Part shown: positions 1 to 10,985 of the stretch, one piece after another
Numbering within the stretch: the first letter of the stretch is position 1
Layout of the letters: every line of letters starts with the position of its first letter
Source of the DNA: Phycisphaerales bacterium
GTDB lineage: Bacteria; Planctomycetota; Phycisphaerae; Phycisphaerales; UBA1924
DNA: 64,000 nucleotides
Reading direction: 5' to 3'
Assembly: GCA_965227605.1 (NCBI GenBank)
Contig: OZ245745.1
Span: 945,694 to 1,009,693, forward strand
Notes under the pieces: model-generated
Databases searched by the model: none
Told to the model about the DNA's origin: nothing
What the model saw: only the letters and a program-made list of their open reading frames with translations
Translations under genes and position numbers: made by a program

Positions 1-1
1 C

Positions 2-1240
2 GCCGGCCTCCTCAAAACCCGCGAATCCGGCGGCCTCTACGACGCCTTCCGCCACCGCTGGGTCTTCCCCATCCGCGATCAGGTCGGACGTGTCGTCGCC
101 TTCGGCGGGCGCAAGCTCCGCGAAGAGGACGAACCCAAATACCTCAACTCGTCCGAAACCCCAATCTTCGACAAGTCCTCGACGTGCTACGGACTCCCCC
201 AGGCCACCAGCGCCATCCGCGAGTCCCGCCGCGCCGTCGTCGTCGAGGGCTACACCGACGTCATCGCCTGCCACCAGGCCGGCGAGCGCAACGTCGTCGC
301 CACCCTCGGCACCGCCCTCACCCCCAAGCACGCCCGCATCCTCCGCCGCCTCTGCGACGAGGTCGTCCTCGTCTTCGACGGGGACGACGCCGGCCAGCGC
401 GCCGCGGACCGCGCCCTCGAAATCTTCTTCGCCGAGCCCATCGACGTCCGCATCGCCGTCCTCCCGGGAGGCGCCGACCCCGCCGACCTCGTTTCGCAGG
501 AAGACGGCGCCGAGAAATGGCGCGACGCCATCGAGTCCGCCGCAGACGCCCTCGACTTCCGCTTCACCCGCATGGCCGCCCGCCTCGCCGCCATGACGCC
601 CACCGCCCGCCTCCGCGCTGTCGAAGAAGACATCGCCGCCCTCCGCGACCTCGGCCTCGCCAAGCTCTCCCCCATCCGCCGCAAGCACGTCGTCCGCCGC
701 CTCGCCCAGCTCGCCGGCGTCGACGAGGGCGCCGTCAGCCGCGCCTTCCAGTCCCTCCCCCCCCAACGCCGCACCACTGACGAGTCCGCCGCCCACGAAC
801 GCACCGAGCCCGCCGGCCCCGCTGAGCACCTCGCCGCCGCCCTCCTCGCTCACCCGCCGCTGCGCACCACCCTCCTCGAGGCCGACACATCCCGCCTCCT
901 CGCCGCGGCCGCATCGGACGCGCGGGCGCGCGCCATCGTTGAAGCTGCCCTCTCCACCGACCCCGACCGTGCGCTCAGAGACCTCGACAACCCCGACCAC
1001 CGCGCCGCCGCCGTCGCCTGGACCCGCGCCGCCGAACGCCTCTCAGAGGGCGACCCCGCCCGACTCAAAAAAATCGCCGAGGACTGCCTCGCCGCTCTCG
1101 CCCGCCTATCGTCCCCGCCCGCACAGAAATCAACCGACGCCGACACCGATCAAGACGCCGGCACCCTCGAACGCATCAACGCACTCCGCACCTTGGGCGG
1201 CAACCCAACCGCGCTCGCCGCCCCCGGTATCAACGACTAA
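2..1240 (+). CDS. dnaG: DNA primase DnaG, C-terminal part (5' end lies outside window)
   Basis: Translating in frame from nt 2 gives a TOPRIM motif ([16 protein letters not shown] ... [17 protein letters not shown]) continuous with ORF 572..1240. It is followed by rpoD, the classic dnaG-rpoD arrangement. Confidence 0.85.
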   Translation, partial: AGLLKTRESGGLYDAFRHRWVFPIRDQVGRVVAFGGRKLREEDEPKYLNSSETPIFDKSSTCYGLPQATSAIRESRRAVVVEGYTDVIACHQAGERNVVATLGTALTPKHARILRRLCDEVVLVFDGDDAGQRAADRALEIFFAEPIDVRIAVLPGGADPADLVSQEDGAEKWRDAIESAADALDFRFTRMAARLAAMTPTARLRAVEEDIAALRDLGLAKLSPIRRKHVVRRLAQLAGVDEGAVSRAFQSLPPQRRTTDESAAHERTEPAGPAEHLAAALLAHPPLRTTLLEADTSRLLAAAASDARARAIVEAALSTDPDRALRDLDNPDHRAAAVAWTRAAERLSEGDPARLKKIAEDCLAALARLSSPPAQKSTDADTDQDAGTLERINALRTLGGNPTALAAPGIND

Positions 1241-1320
1241 CCCCCGCGCCCAGCGCCCACCGGCGCTCGGCACGTTTCTCACCTCTCGTTCCCACGACAG
1301 CGCTCACTCCGGAGAACACC

Positions 1321-3192
<1,872 letters not shown>

Positions 3193-3220
3193 TTCCCCTG
3201 GCCAACTTCACCTGACCCGA

Positions 3221-3250
3221 AGCCCAGTCATTGCGATGGCTGGGCTTTTT
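3221..3250 (+). terminator. Rho-independent terminator after rpoD (14-bp stem AGCCCAGTCATTGC/GCGATGGCTGGGCT plus T-run)
   Basis: Near-perfect hairpin with 2 G-U pairs, followed by TTTTT, 30 nt after the rpoD stop. Its sequence is closely related to the hairpin at 15119..15149. Confidence 0.65.
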
Positions 3251-3323
3251 CAATCGTGATAGACACCGGCGCGCGAACCTCTATCCTGACTTCAGACTTC
3301 AACTCCAACCGCAGAAAGTACCC

Positions 3324-5771
3324 ATGCCCCTCCGCTACACCGCCAGAATCCTCAAGGTCCTCCAGCAGTACGAGGACGGTGAGGCCGACGTTTCGACTCT
3401 TTCCCGCGAGCTGGGCGTCCCGCGCGAGGACCTGCCAGTCCTGCGCGAGGCGATCGAGCAGCTCATCGAGGAAGGGCACCTGATCGCCACCGAGGAGGAC
3501 TGGGTGGCGCTGCCGCCTTTGGGCGATGAGATCGTCGGGGAGTTCCGCAAGAACCCGCGGGGGTTCGGGTTCATCGTGCCGGACCAGCCGCTGGCGCACG
3601 GGGATGTGTTCGTTCCGCCGGACGCCACCAGCGATGCGCTGACGGGTGATCGGGTGCGGGCGAAGGTCGTGACGAAGAAGCGTCGCGGCGAGATCGACCA
3701 CACGGGCGTGATCGTTGAGATCCTGGAGCGCAAGCAGTCGCACTTCACGGGCGAGCTGCAGAAGCAGGGCGGGACGTGGCTGGTCTACCCGGACGGGAAG
3801 TCGCTGACGGCGCCGATCAACATCGGCGACCCGACGATCAAGAACGCGCGGGCCGGCGACAAGGTGGTCTTCGAGATCCTGAGCTACCCCGAGGGGCACC
3901 ACCTGGGGGAGGGCGTGATCGTCGAGGTGCTGGGCGAGGCCGGGGCGCCGGACGTGGAGACGCAGGCGGTCATCGCGGCGTACAACCTTCCCGGTGAGTT
4001 CCCGGAGGAGTGCGTGCAGCAGGCGCGGGAGGCGGCGAAGGGGTTTGATGAGGATGTCGATCGGGCCGAGAAATCCGGCGGTTTCGAGGGGCGCGAGGAC
4101 TTGCGCGGCACACTGATTCTGACGATCGACCCGCCGGACGCGAAAGACTTTGACGACGCGCTGTCGCTTGAGAAGATCACGCTGAAGAACGGGCAGCCGG
4201 GGTATCGACTAGGCGTGCACATCGCGGACGTGTCGCACTTCATCCCGGTGGATTCACCGCTGGATGAGGAGGCGATGAAGCGGGGGAACTCGGTGTACCT
4301 GCCGCGCAAGGTGATCCCGATGCTGCCGGAGCTGCTCTCGAACGGCGTGTGCTCGTTGCGGGAGCGGGAGCCGCGGTACGCCAAGAGCGCGTTCATTGAT
4401 TACAACCAGAAGGGCGAGGTGCAGGCGCGGGCGTACGCCTCGACGGTGATCCACTCGGCGAAGCGGATGACGTATCTCGAGGCGCAGGCGATCATCGATG
4501 GTGATCTTGAGGAAGCAAAGAAGCACGCGCGGACGGATACGGAGCCGACGCCGGAGATCATCAAGAACCTGAAGGATCTGAACGCGCTGGCGAAGGCGAT
4601 TCATACGCGCCGGCGCAAGGCGGGGATGATCCATCTGGATCTGCCCGAGGTTGAACTGATCTACGACGACGAGGGGCGGGTGGTTGACGCCGAGCCGGAG
4701 GACGACGCCTGGACGCACACGCTGATCGAGATGTGCATGGTGGAGGCGAACGAGGCGGTGGCGGTGTTGTTCGAGCGGCTGGGCGTGCCGGCGATGCGGC
4801 GCACGCACCCGGACCCGGAGGTCGGGTCGTACGAGAACCTGCAGAAGTTTCTGAAGGCGGCGGGGTATTCGATCTCGAAGGAGCCGACGCGGCATGAGCT
4901 GCAGTCGCTGCTGGACTCGACGAAGGGGCGCCCCGAGGCGCCGGCGGTGCACTTTGCGGTGCTGCGCACGCTGACCAAGGCGGCGTACTCACCCGCGATG
5001 ATCGGGCACTTCGCGCTGGCGTCGGAGGCGTACTCGCACTTCACCAGCCCGATCCGGCGGTATTGCGATCTGACGATCCACCGCCAGCTCGCGGAATTCC
5101 TGCGCCTGACGGACAACGGGTCGGACGTACCGAACAATCATGAGGCGCTGTCAAAGCTCGGCGACCGGATGAACAAGTCGGGGGTGATGCCGGACGAGCA
5201 GGCGCTGTCGGAGATCGGGGCGCGGTGCAACCGCACGGAGGAGCAGGCGTCGGGCGCGGAGCGTGAGCTGCGGAACTTCTTGGTGATGCAGCTGCTGTCG
5301 GAGAAGATCGGCGAGGTGTTCCGCGGCGTGTGCACGGGCGTGACAAAGGCGGGCGTCTTCGTGCGGATCGACAAGTACCTCGTCGAGGGTTTGGTGAAGT
5401 CGGAGGATCTGCCGACGGGCGCCGACCAGCCCGGGCCCGGGCGATGGCGTCTGGACGATCGCACGGGGGCGCTTGTGGAAGAGCGAACGAAGCGGTCGTT
5501 CAGGCTCGGCGATCAGGTGCAGGTGACGGTGTCGCAGGTGAACCTGGCGGCGAAGCAGATGGAGCTGCTGATCCCGGAGGGCGAGGCGTCGAAGCGGGCG
5601 GGCGTGGGCAAGGCGCTGAAGCTCGGCTCCGAGGGCGGCGGGCTGGGGCACGCGGAGGGCGCGGGCTTCAGCGGGAAGACCGGCAAGCAGCGGCGCGACC
5701 AGCGCTCGAAGAGCCGCGACCGGCGGAAGAAGGATTACCGGCAGGAGCGGAAGGACGGGGGGAAGCGGTAG
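3324..5771 (+). CDS. rnr: Ribonuclease R (RNB-family 3'-5' exoribonuclease with S1 domain and basic C-terminal tail)
   Basis: RNB catalytic motif region (LTIDPPDAKDFDDALSLEK). C-terminal S1-like region (GEVFRGVCTGVTKAGVFVRID). Lys/Arg-rich tail. The start is moved to the ATG at 3324 (MPLRYT), because ORF 3231 begins inside the rpoD terminator. Confidence 0.9.
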   Translation: MPLRYTARILKVLQQYEDGEADVSTLSRELGVPREDLPVLREAIEQLIEEGHLIATEEDWVALPPLGDEIVGEFRKNPRGFGFIVPDQPLAHGDVFVPPDATSDALTGDRVRAKVVTKKRRGEIDHTGVIVEILERKQSHFTGELQKQGGTWLVYPDGKSLTAPINIGDPTIKNARAGDKVVFEILSYPEGHHLGEGVIVEVLGEAGAPDVETQAVIAAYNLPGEFPEECVQQAREAAKGFDEDVDRAEKSGGFEGREDLRGTLILTIDPPDAKDFDDALSLEKITLKNGQPGYRLGVHIADVSHFIPVDSPLDEEAMKRGNSVYLPRKVIPMLPELLSNGVCSLREREPRYAKSAFIDYNQKGEVQARAYASTVIHSAKRMTYLEAQAIIDGDLEEAKKHARTDTEPTPEIIKNLKDLNALAKAIHTRRRKAGMIHLDLPEVELIYDDEGRVVDAEPEDDAWTHTLIEMCMVEANEAVAVLFERLGVPAMRRTHPDPEVGSYENLQKFLKAAGYSISKEPTRHELQSLLDSTKGRPEAPAVHFAVLRTLTKAAYSPAMIGHFALASEAYSHFTSPIRRYCDLTIHRQLAEFLRLTDNGSDVPNNHEALSKLGDRMNKSGVMPDEQALSEIGARCNRTEEQASGAERELRNFLVMQLLSEKIGEVFRGVCTGVTKAGVFVRIDKYLVEGLVKSEDLPTGADQPGPGRWRLDDRTGALVEERTKRSFRLGDQVQVTVSQVNLAAKQMELLIPEGEASKRAGVGKALKLGSEGGGLGHAEGAGFSGKTGKQRRDQRSKSRDRRKKDYRQERKDGGKR

Positions 5772-5800
5772 GCTTCCGTGCAGCATTCGGGAGAGAGGCA

Positions 5801-7501
5801 ATGCGACGAGACGTGATGTGTGCTGTGGTGTCCGCGATGGTGTGCGCGAGCGCTGCGACGGCGGAAGAGTTCCGGATCGTCAGCCTCGATGAAACGCCGA
5901 CGCCGGAGCCCGGGCTGGTGGTGACGGACCACACGGCGTACGGCGGACCAGTGCTGGGGCTGTCCGGGGCGTCGTGCCAGGCGACGCTGGTGTTCCCGGG
6001 CATGTCGGGCTCGCGTCAGGCGGTTGTCTTTGGAGACGGGATCGCGCCGTTCGAGATCGCGATGCGCACGCGTGAGGGTGAGATGGGCGGGATGGATCCG
6101 GTGGGTGAGTACATCCACTCGCTTGATCCGGAGGCGCCTCTTACGACGGACTCGGGGCTGGTTGGGGCGATCGCCCGTATTGAGAACGCGCCGGATTTTT
6201 TCCGTCCCGCGGCGTTGCTGATTCATGATGCGCTCACGGGGGCGCGCGTTGAGGTGATGCGCCGCGGCGATATCCCGGTGAACGACACGCTCGAGGTGGA
6301 TGTGCAGACGGGTAATGACACGTTCTCGATCAACGGCGCCGGGCTGGCCGCGGCGTTTGTTGAGCTGGGGTTCGACGAGCAGCTCGAGGCGATCGTCAGT
6401 GGTGACGGTTCACCCGGCTCGCTGCGGGTGGTGGCGAAAGAGGGGGACGCGGCGGACGGCTCGGGCGCTTTTGACGACTTCTTCCCGCCGGCGATCAACG
6501 ACGCGGGGACGATCGCGTTCGCGGCGGAGCTGCAGGGCGCCGCGGGGGCGTTCGTGTTTCCGTGGGCCGTGTATCGGGAGGTCGGCGGGACGCTCGAAGA
6601 GGTGACGCGCGAGGGCGCGCTCGACCCGTTCGGGTTGGTGATCACGGATCTGGGTTTCACGACGCCGAGCCTGAACGCGGGCGGCGCGACGGCGTACTGG
6701 GCGCGTGTTGACCTGGGCGTCGACGGGATGCGGGTATCGCTTGTGTATGCCCCGGCGAGCGGGGCTCACACGCGGTTGGTGATTTCTGGCGATTCGGTCC
6801 CCGGGGTCGAGGGCGCGCTGTTTCGTTTGGTGAGCGGGCGGACGTACGCGATCAATGATGCCGGCCAGGTCGCGTTCAAGGGGCAGGTCAATCTGAACCC
6901 GGACGGCGCGCTGGATACGGTGAACGGGGTGTTCCGCGCCGACGGTGCGGGGGGCGCGATGCTCACGGTGGCGCTCGAGCGCGACCCGGCGCCAGGCGGC
7001 GGGACGCTGCGCACGATTTCAGATTACGCGCTGAACGCTTCGGGGCAGATCGCTTTTGAGGCGACGGTTGATATGCCGGACGGGTCGACGCCGCGCGCTG
7101 TTTTCTTCTACGACGACGATGAGGGGTTGCGCGAGATCGTGCGCGAGGGTGATGTGATTCTCGGCGGCGTGATCGAATTTCTGGAGTTCAGCGGGGCGGA
7201 TGTCGGCGTCAGGGTTGATGGTGTGCGCTCGGGGCTCAACGACAACGGTGAGGTGGCGTTCTGGTTCCGGCTTGATAGTTCGGAGGGGATCAGCGACCGC
7301 GAGGGTGTGGCGGTCTGGCCCGCGGGGGCGGTGAGTTGCCCGGCGGACCTCGACGGCGACGGGTCGGTCGGCGCGGGCGATCTCGCGGCGCTGCTGGCCT
7401 CGTGGGGTCAGGGCGGCACGGGCGATCTGGATTCGAGCGGCGAGACAGACGCGGCGGATCTGGCGGCGCTGCTCGCGGCGTGGGGCGCGTGCCCGGGCTG
7501 A
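5801..7501 (+). CDS. Secreted repeat protein with C-terminal dockerin-like domain
   Basis: Signal peptide MRRDVMCAVVSAMVCASAATA at the ATG at 5801. Tandem ~50-aa repeats ending in the motif N[DA][AS]G[TQE][IV]AF. C-terminal double EF-hand-like repeat DLDGDGSVGAGDLAALLASWG ... DLDSSGETDAADLAALLAAWG. The 5330..5800 part of the ORF overlaps rnr and is not coding. Confidence 0.6.
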   Translation: MRRDVMCAVVSAMVCASAATAEEFRIVSLDETPTPEPGLVVTDHTAYGGPVLGLSGASCQATLVFPGMSGSRQAVVFGDGIAPFEIAMRTREGEMGGMDPVGEYIHSLDPEAPLTTDSGLVGAIARIENAPDFFRPAALLIHDALTGARVEVMRRGDIPVNDTLEVDVQTGNDTFSINGAGLAAAFVELGFDEQLEAIVSGDGSPGSLRVVAKEGDAADGSGAFDDFFPPAINDAGTIAFAAELQGAAGAFVFPWAVYREVGGTLEEVTREGALDPFGLVITDLGFTTPSLNAGGATAYWARVDLGVDGMRVSLVYAPASGAHTRLVISGDSVPGVEGALFRLVSGRTYAINDAGQVAFKGQVNLNPDGALDTVNGVFRADGAGGAMLTVALERDPAPGGGTLRTISDYALNASGQIAFEATVDMPDGSTPRAVFFYDDDEGLREIVREGDVILGGVIEFLEFSGADVGVRVDGVRSGLNDNGEVAFWFRLDSSEGISDREGVAVWPAGAVSCPADLDGDGSVGAGDLAALLASWGQGGTGDLDSSGETDAADLAALLAAWGACPG

Positions 7502-7504
7502 GCG

Positions 7505-9550
7505 CTAGGCCCGCAGCTCGGCGCCGACGCCTTCTTTCAGCGCGCTGACGACGCTTTCGACCTGGGGGTCGACTTCTTCGTGGCGGAGGGTGCGGTTCGG
7601 GTCGCGGAACTTCATTCGGAACGTCACGGACTTCTGACCCTTGTCGAGGGGCTTGCCGCGGTAGACGCCGACGAAGTCGATGTGCTCGAGGAGCGCGGGG
7701 TCGGCGCTGCGGGTGAGGTGTTCGATCTCGCCCCAGGCGGTGGCTTCTTTCACGACGACGCTGAGGTCGCGTTCGATCGCGGGGAAGGCGGGGAGGTGCT
7801 CGGCTTTGCTCGCGGGCGGGTAGAGGTTGAGCAGGGCGTCCAAGTTCAGCTCGGCGGCGGCGAGGGGGACCTCGATGGGCCATTTTTTGCAGGCTTTTTT
7901 GTCGAGCAGGCCGAAGCAGCCGAGGACGTTTCCGTCGAGTGTGAGGCGCGCGAAGGCGTCTTCGCGGTAGGCGGTGCAGTAGGGGGCGTGGGGTTCGGCG
8001 GTGAGGTTGTGGCCTTCGCCGCCCAGGGTTTGGACGAGGGTGTCGATGGCGCCGCGGAGGGTGCGGGCGCCGGCCTGTTCGTCGGGGGCGTCGATGAGGA
8101 GCGTGACGTTGCGGTGCTCCATCGTTTCGCCCGACTCGGTTTCGGCGAAGACGGCGGCGGTCTCGAAGAGGCGGACGGCGCCGGGCTCGACGCCGGCGTT
8201 CTGGTTGACGAGGCGGCAATCGAGCAGGCTGGGCACGGCGGAGGGGCGGAGCGCGGGGGCTTCCTTGCGCCGGTTCTCGTCGACGGCCAGGGCGCGCAGG
8301 CCCGGCGGCATGAAGAGAGCGGCGTCGTCGCGCGTCGCGAAGCTGAAGGTGACGGTCTCGAAGAAGCCCATGCCGGTGAGGGCGTGGCCCAGGGCCTTGA
8401 GCGCGGACTCGCTGGTTTGCGGCGGCGCGGTGCGGGCGGGCATCTTCTCGTGGACGGGGATGGCGGCGAAGCCCTCGGCGCGGGCGACCTCTTCGATGAG
8501 GTCGATCTCGCGGGTCACGTCGTGACGGCGGTGGGGGGGCACGGCGCAGGTGAGCGCGCCCTCGGTGATCTGTGTTTCGAAGCCGAGACGGGTGAGGAGT
8601 TCGCCCATGCGCTCGGGGGTGAGTTCGATGCCGAGGATGGCGTTGCAGCGGGCGGCGCGGAGTGTGATGGTCGGCGCGCCCGCGAGCGGCGGGCCGACGG
8701 CGATGGCGCCTTCGACGAGCGTGCCGCCGGCGACCTCGACGATGAGCTGGGCGATGCGGTCCGCGGCGGCGTCGATCTGGGCGGGGTCGACGGTGCGCTC
8801 GAAGCGGTGGGAGGCGTCGGTGCGGAGGGTGTGGCGGCGGGCCGTCTCGCGGACGGTCGCGGGGTCCCAGGTGGCGGCTTCGAGGAGGACGTCGGTGGTG
8901 GCGTTGGTGACGCCGGAGTCGAGGCCGCCGATGACGCCGGCGAGGGAGCGGGCGCGCTCGGCATCAGCGACAACGACGTCGGCGGGATCGAGCTTGAGGT
9001 CGTGCTCGTCGAGGGTGGTGAGTTTCTCGCCCTTCTCGGCGGCGCGGATGACGAGGCGCTTCTCCGCGAGCGTGTTCAGATCGAAGACGTGCGAGGGTTG
9101 GCCCAGTTCCATGAGGGCGTAGTTGGTGACATCGACGACGTTGTTGATGGGGCGGAGGCCGATGGCTTCGAGGGCCTCGGCGAGCCACTTCGGGCTCGGG
9201 GCGACCTGCACGCCCTTGATGACGCGGGCGGTGAAGCGGGGGCAGAGGGCGTCGTCAACGAGCACCGACACGGCGGTTTCCTGCTCGACGGCTTTGCCGC
9301 TGGCGGCGGGGGCCTGGGGGATGACGAGCGTGCGCCCGGTGGCGGCGGCGATCTCGCGGGCGAGGCCGATGTGGGAGAGGGCGTCGCCGCGGTTGGAGGT
9401 GACCTCGACGTCGAGCTGGGTGTCGCCGGAGGGGAGTTCCACGCGTTCCTCGATGGGGAAACCGGCGTGGGTGAGAACCTGCTCGGCCTCGTCGGGCGAG
9501 CAGTCGGCGGGGTCGAGGTGCTTGTTGAGCCAGCGGACGGAGGTGATCAT
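7505..9550 (-). CDS. pheT: Phenylalanine--tRNA ligase beta subunit
   Basis: 681-aa ORF. The N-terminus MITSVRWLNKHLDP...SNRGDALSHIGLAREIAA matches the PheT B3/B4 and core domains by inspection. pheS is not adjacent. Confidence 0.85.
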   Translation of the reverse strand: MITSVRWLNKHLDPADCSPDEAEQVLTHAGFPIEERVELPSGDTQLDVEVTSNRGDALSHIGLAREIAAATGRTLVIPQAPAASGKAVEQETAVSVLVDDALCPRFTARVIKGVQVAPSPKWLAEALEAIGLRPINNVVDVTNYALMELGQPSHVFDLNTLAEKRLVIRAAEKGEKLTTLDEHDLKLDPADVVVADAERARSLAGVIGGLDSGVTNATTDVLLEAATWDPATVRETARRHTLRTDASHRFERTVDPAQIDAAADRIAQLIVEVAGGTLVEGAIAVGPPLAGAPTITLRAARCNAILGIELTPERMGELLTRLGFETQITEGALTCAVPPHRRHDVTREIDLIEEVARAEGFAAIPVHEKMPARTAPPQTSESALKALGHALTGMGFFETVTFSFATRDDAALFMPPGLRALAVDENRRKEAPALRPSAVPSLLDCRLVNQNAGVEPGAVRLFETAAVFAETESGETMEHRNVTLLIDAPDEQAGARTLRGAIDTLVQTLGGEGHNLTAEPHAPYCTAYREDAFARLTLDGNVLGCFGLLDKKACKKWPIEVPLAAAELNLDALLNLYPPASKAEHLPAFPAIERDLSVVVKEATAWGEIEHLTRSADPALLEHIDFVGVYRGKPLDKGQKSVTFRMKFRDPNRTLRHEEVDPQVESVVSALKEGVGAELRA

Positions 9551-9555
9551 GGGGG

Positions 9556-10985
9556 GAGGATAGCGAGAAATGCATCAGAAATGCTTCAGTAGGAACCATT
9601 TGCAAAAGCGATTCGAACCACAAGCTAAAACGCAAGGCGACAGTTAAAATTATTTAGTAGTCTTTGCAGCGTAGAGGTTTAAATAATATTGCACGCGTTC
9701 CACGATTTCATCGGCTTCGATAGAGTCATCCACTGCCTGAGTATTTTTTTCCGGTTTTAGCTGCATTCTTGTATAGACAGCTAGTAGTGGATCTGAAAAT
9801 GAGTAGCGTCCGCTAGCAGGGTCAAAGCGAACAAATGTACCTCGTTTGCTTGTTTGAAGTTCATTCAAATAATTGCTGAGGTTGCTTGCAGGATACTCTG
9901 GCGAATCTTTGTGTATAAGCTCAATTAGTTGGGCATGTGTTGCGCCTTCATCTGGCATCGAAGAAAGTGCTGTAAGAATTAAGCGTCCGTTATCATATTT
10001 TACTTCTCGATATCGGCGTATAGCTTTATCGTATCGTTTTTTGAGTGAATCTGATGATTCTCTTACGTATTCTCTGACGGCCTCGCTAAGGGAATCTTCT
10101 GAGACGGTGACTGTATCGTGCGCAGCGTGAGTGATTTCTGCGGCCCTGCATACGTTGAGAGCAATCTGGTGGCACACAGCGCCTAGGCCTGAAGAGTAAT
10201 CTATGATTCCTGAAATAACTTTGCTGGGCAAAATGATATTGAGGATTTTCTGACCTTGAGTTAGTATTTGGCCGAGTTCTTCATCGTCCATAAGGGGAAC
10301 ATGCACCTCACTAACTCTATTGGCAAGTTCTGGGTCATAATCAAGGATTTCTCGCGGGGAATCAGTTGCTCCAATGGCGATTACTTTTACTGTTGGATAA
10401 GCGCTGCTTTCGTCAACAAATACTTTTAGCGCTTGCGCTAGTTTTCCTTTGGCACCTCCAGATACTTTGTGAAAATCTTCAAGTACTAGGCACAAATCCT
10501 GTTCACCGAGCATCTGTGCTAGGCGCTGTGCAGTAAGTTGTGGTGGTACGAGTCTTTCGGCTGTTTCTGAGTTGCCGCTACTTATTCTGCTGTCGATAGT
10601 CGCACGGATAAAAGCATAGCTGGCTTGTACTGAAGCTGATTTACCTTGGCTATTTGATGCTGTTGCTGATGTTGTATAATATAAATTTAGCTGATCAAAA
10701 GCTTCAAGTAATACCTGTTCATATGTAGTGTCTTGTGTGCAGCGAACAGTCACATGGTTAGGGTACAGTTGGTGAAGCTTGTGGTAAATGAGCGAAGATT
10801 TGCCGGATCCCGACTGTCCGTATACTATCAATTGTTTTCCTGGGGTTTGTAGTGCATTGGTAATATCATTTTCTAAATCTGGTCGTTCGACAAAATTAAC
10901 TTTTGCATTTGTTCCTGGTGTAAAGACGTCATAGATAGAGTGAGGGGGTGTTGATGTAGGCATGGCTAAATATTGCAGCTTGCGC
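9556..10985. other. Low-GC (roughly 40%) compositional island, probable horizontally acquired insertion
   Basis: Abrupt drop in GC relative to flanking roughly 68% GC DNA. Carries a single gene (9650..10963). The island boundary lies inside the last codons of ruvB. Confidence 0.7.
9650..10963 (-). CDS. P-loop NTPase of unknown function (Walker A GQSGSGKS, Walker B LCLVLEDFH), foreign-composition gene
   Basis: 437-aa ORF. Walker A is LIVYGQSGSGKSSL (GxxGSGKS-type as in the FtsK/HerA/AAA-like classes). A hydrophobic-DE Walker B lies ~110 aa later. ~200-aa C-terminal domain with no recognisable motif. AT-rich codon usage unlike the neighbours. Confidence 0.7.
   Translation of the reverse strand: MPTSTPPHSIYDVFTPGTNAKVNFVERPDLENDITNALQTPGKQLIVYGQSGSGKSSLIYHKLHQLYPNHVTVRCTQDTTYEQVLLEAFDQLNLYYTTSATASNSQGKSASVQASYAFIRATIDSRISSGNSETAERLVPPQLTAQRLAQMLGEQDLCLVLEDFHKVSGGAKGKLAQALKVFVDESSAYPTVKVIAIGATDSPREILDYDPELANRVSEVHVPLMDDEELGQILTQGQKILNIILPSKVISGIIDYSSGLGAVCHQIALNVCRAAEITHAAHDTVTVSEDSLSEAVREYVRESSDSLKKRYDKAIRRYREVKYDNGRLILTALSSMPDEGATHAQLIELIHKDSPEYPASNLSNYLNELQTSKRGTFVRFDPASGRYSFSDPLLAVYTRMQLKPEKNTQAVDDSIEADEIVERVQYYLNLYAAKTTK

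Noticed and set aside
5330-5800. N-terminal 157 codons of ORF 5330..7501
   Set aside because: Overlaps the 3' end of rnr in another frame. A clean signal peptide begins at the ATG at 5801.
7580-9592. 670-aa plus-strand ORF (and 7290..8219 minus, 8001..8525 plus) overlapping pheT
   Set aside because: Gly/Ala/Glu low-complexity antisense or shifted-frame artefacts. The pheT translation carries the real motifs.
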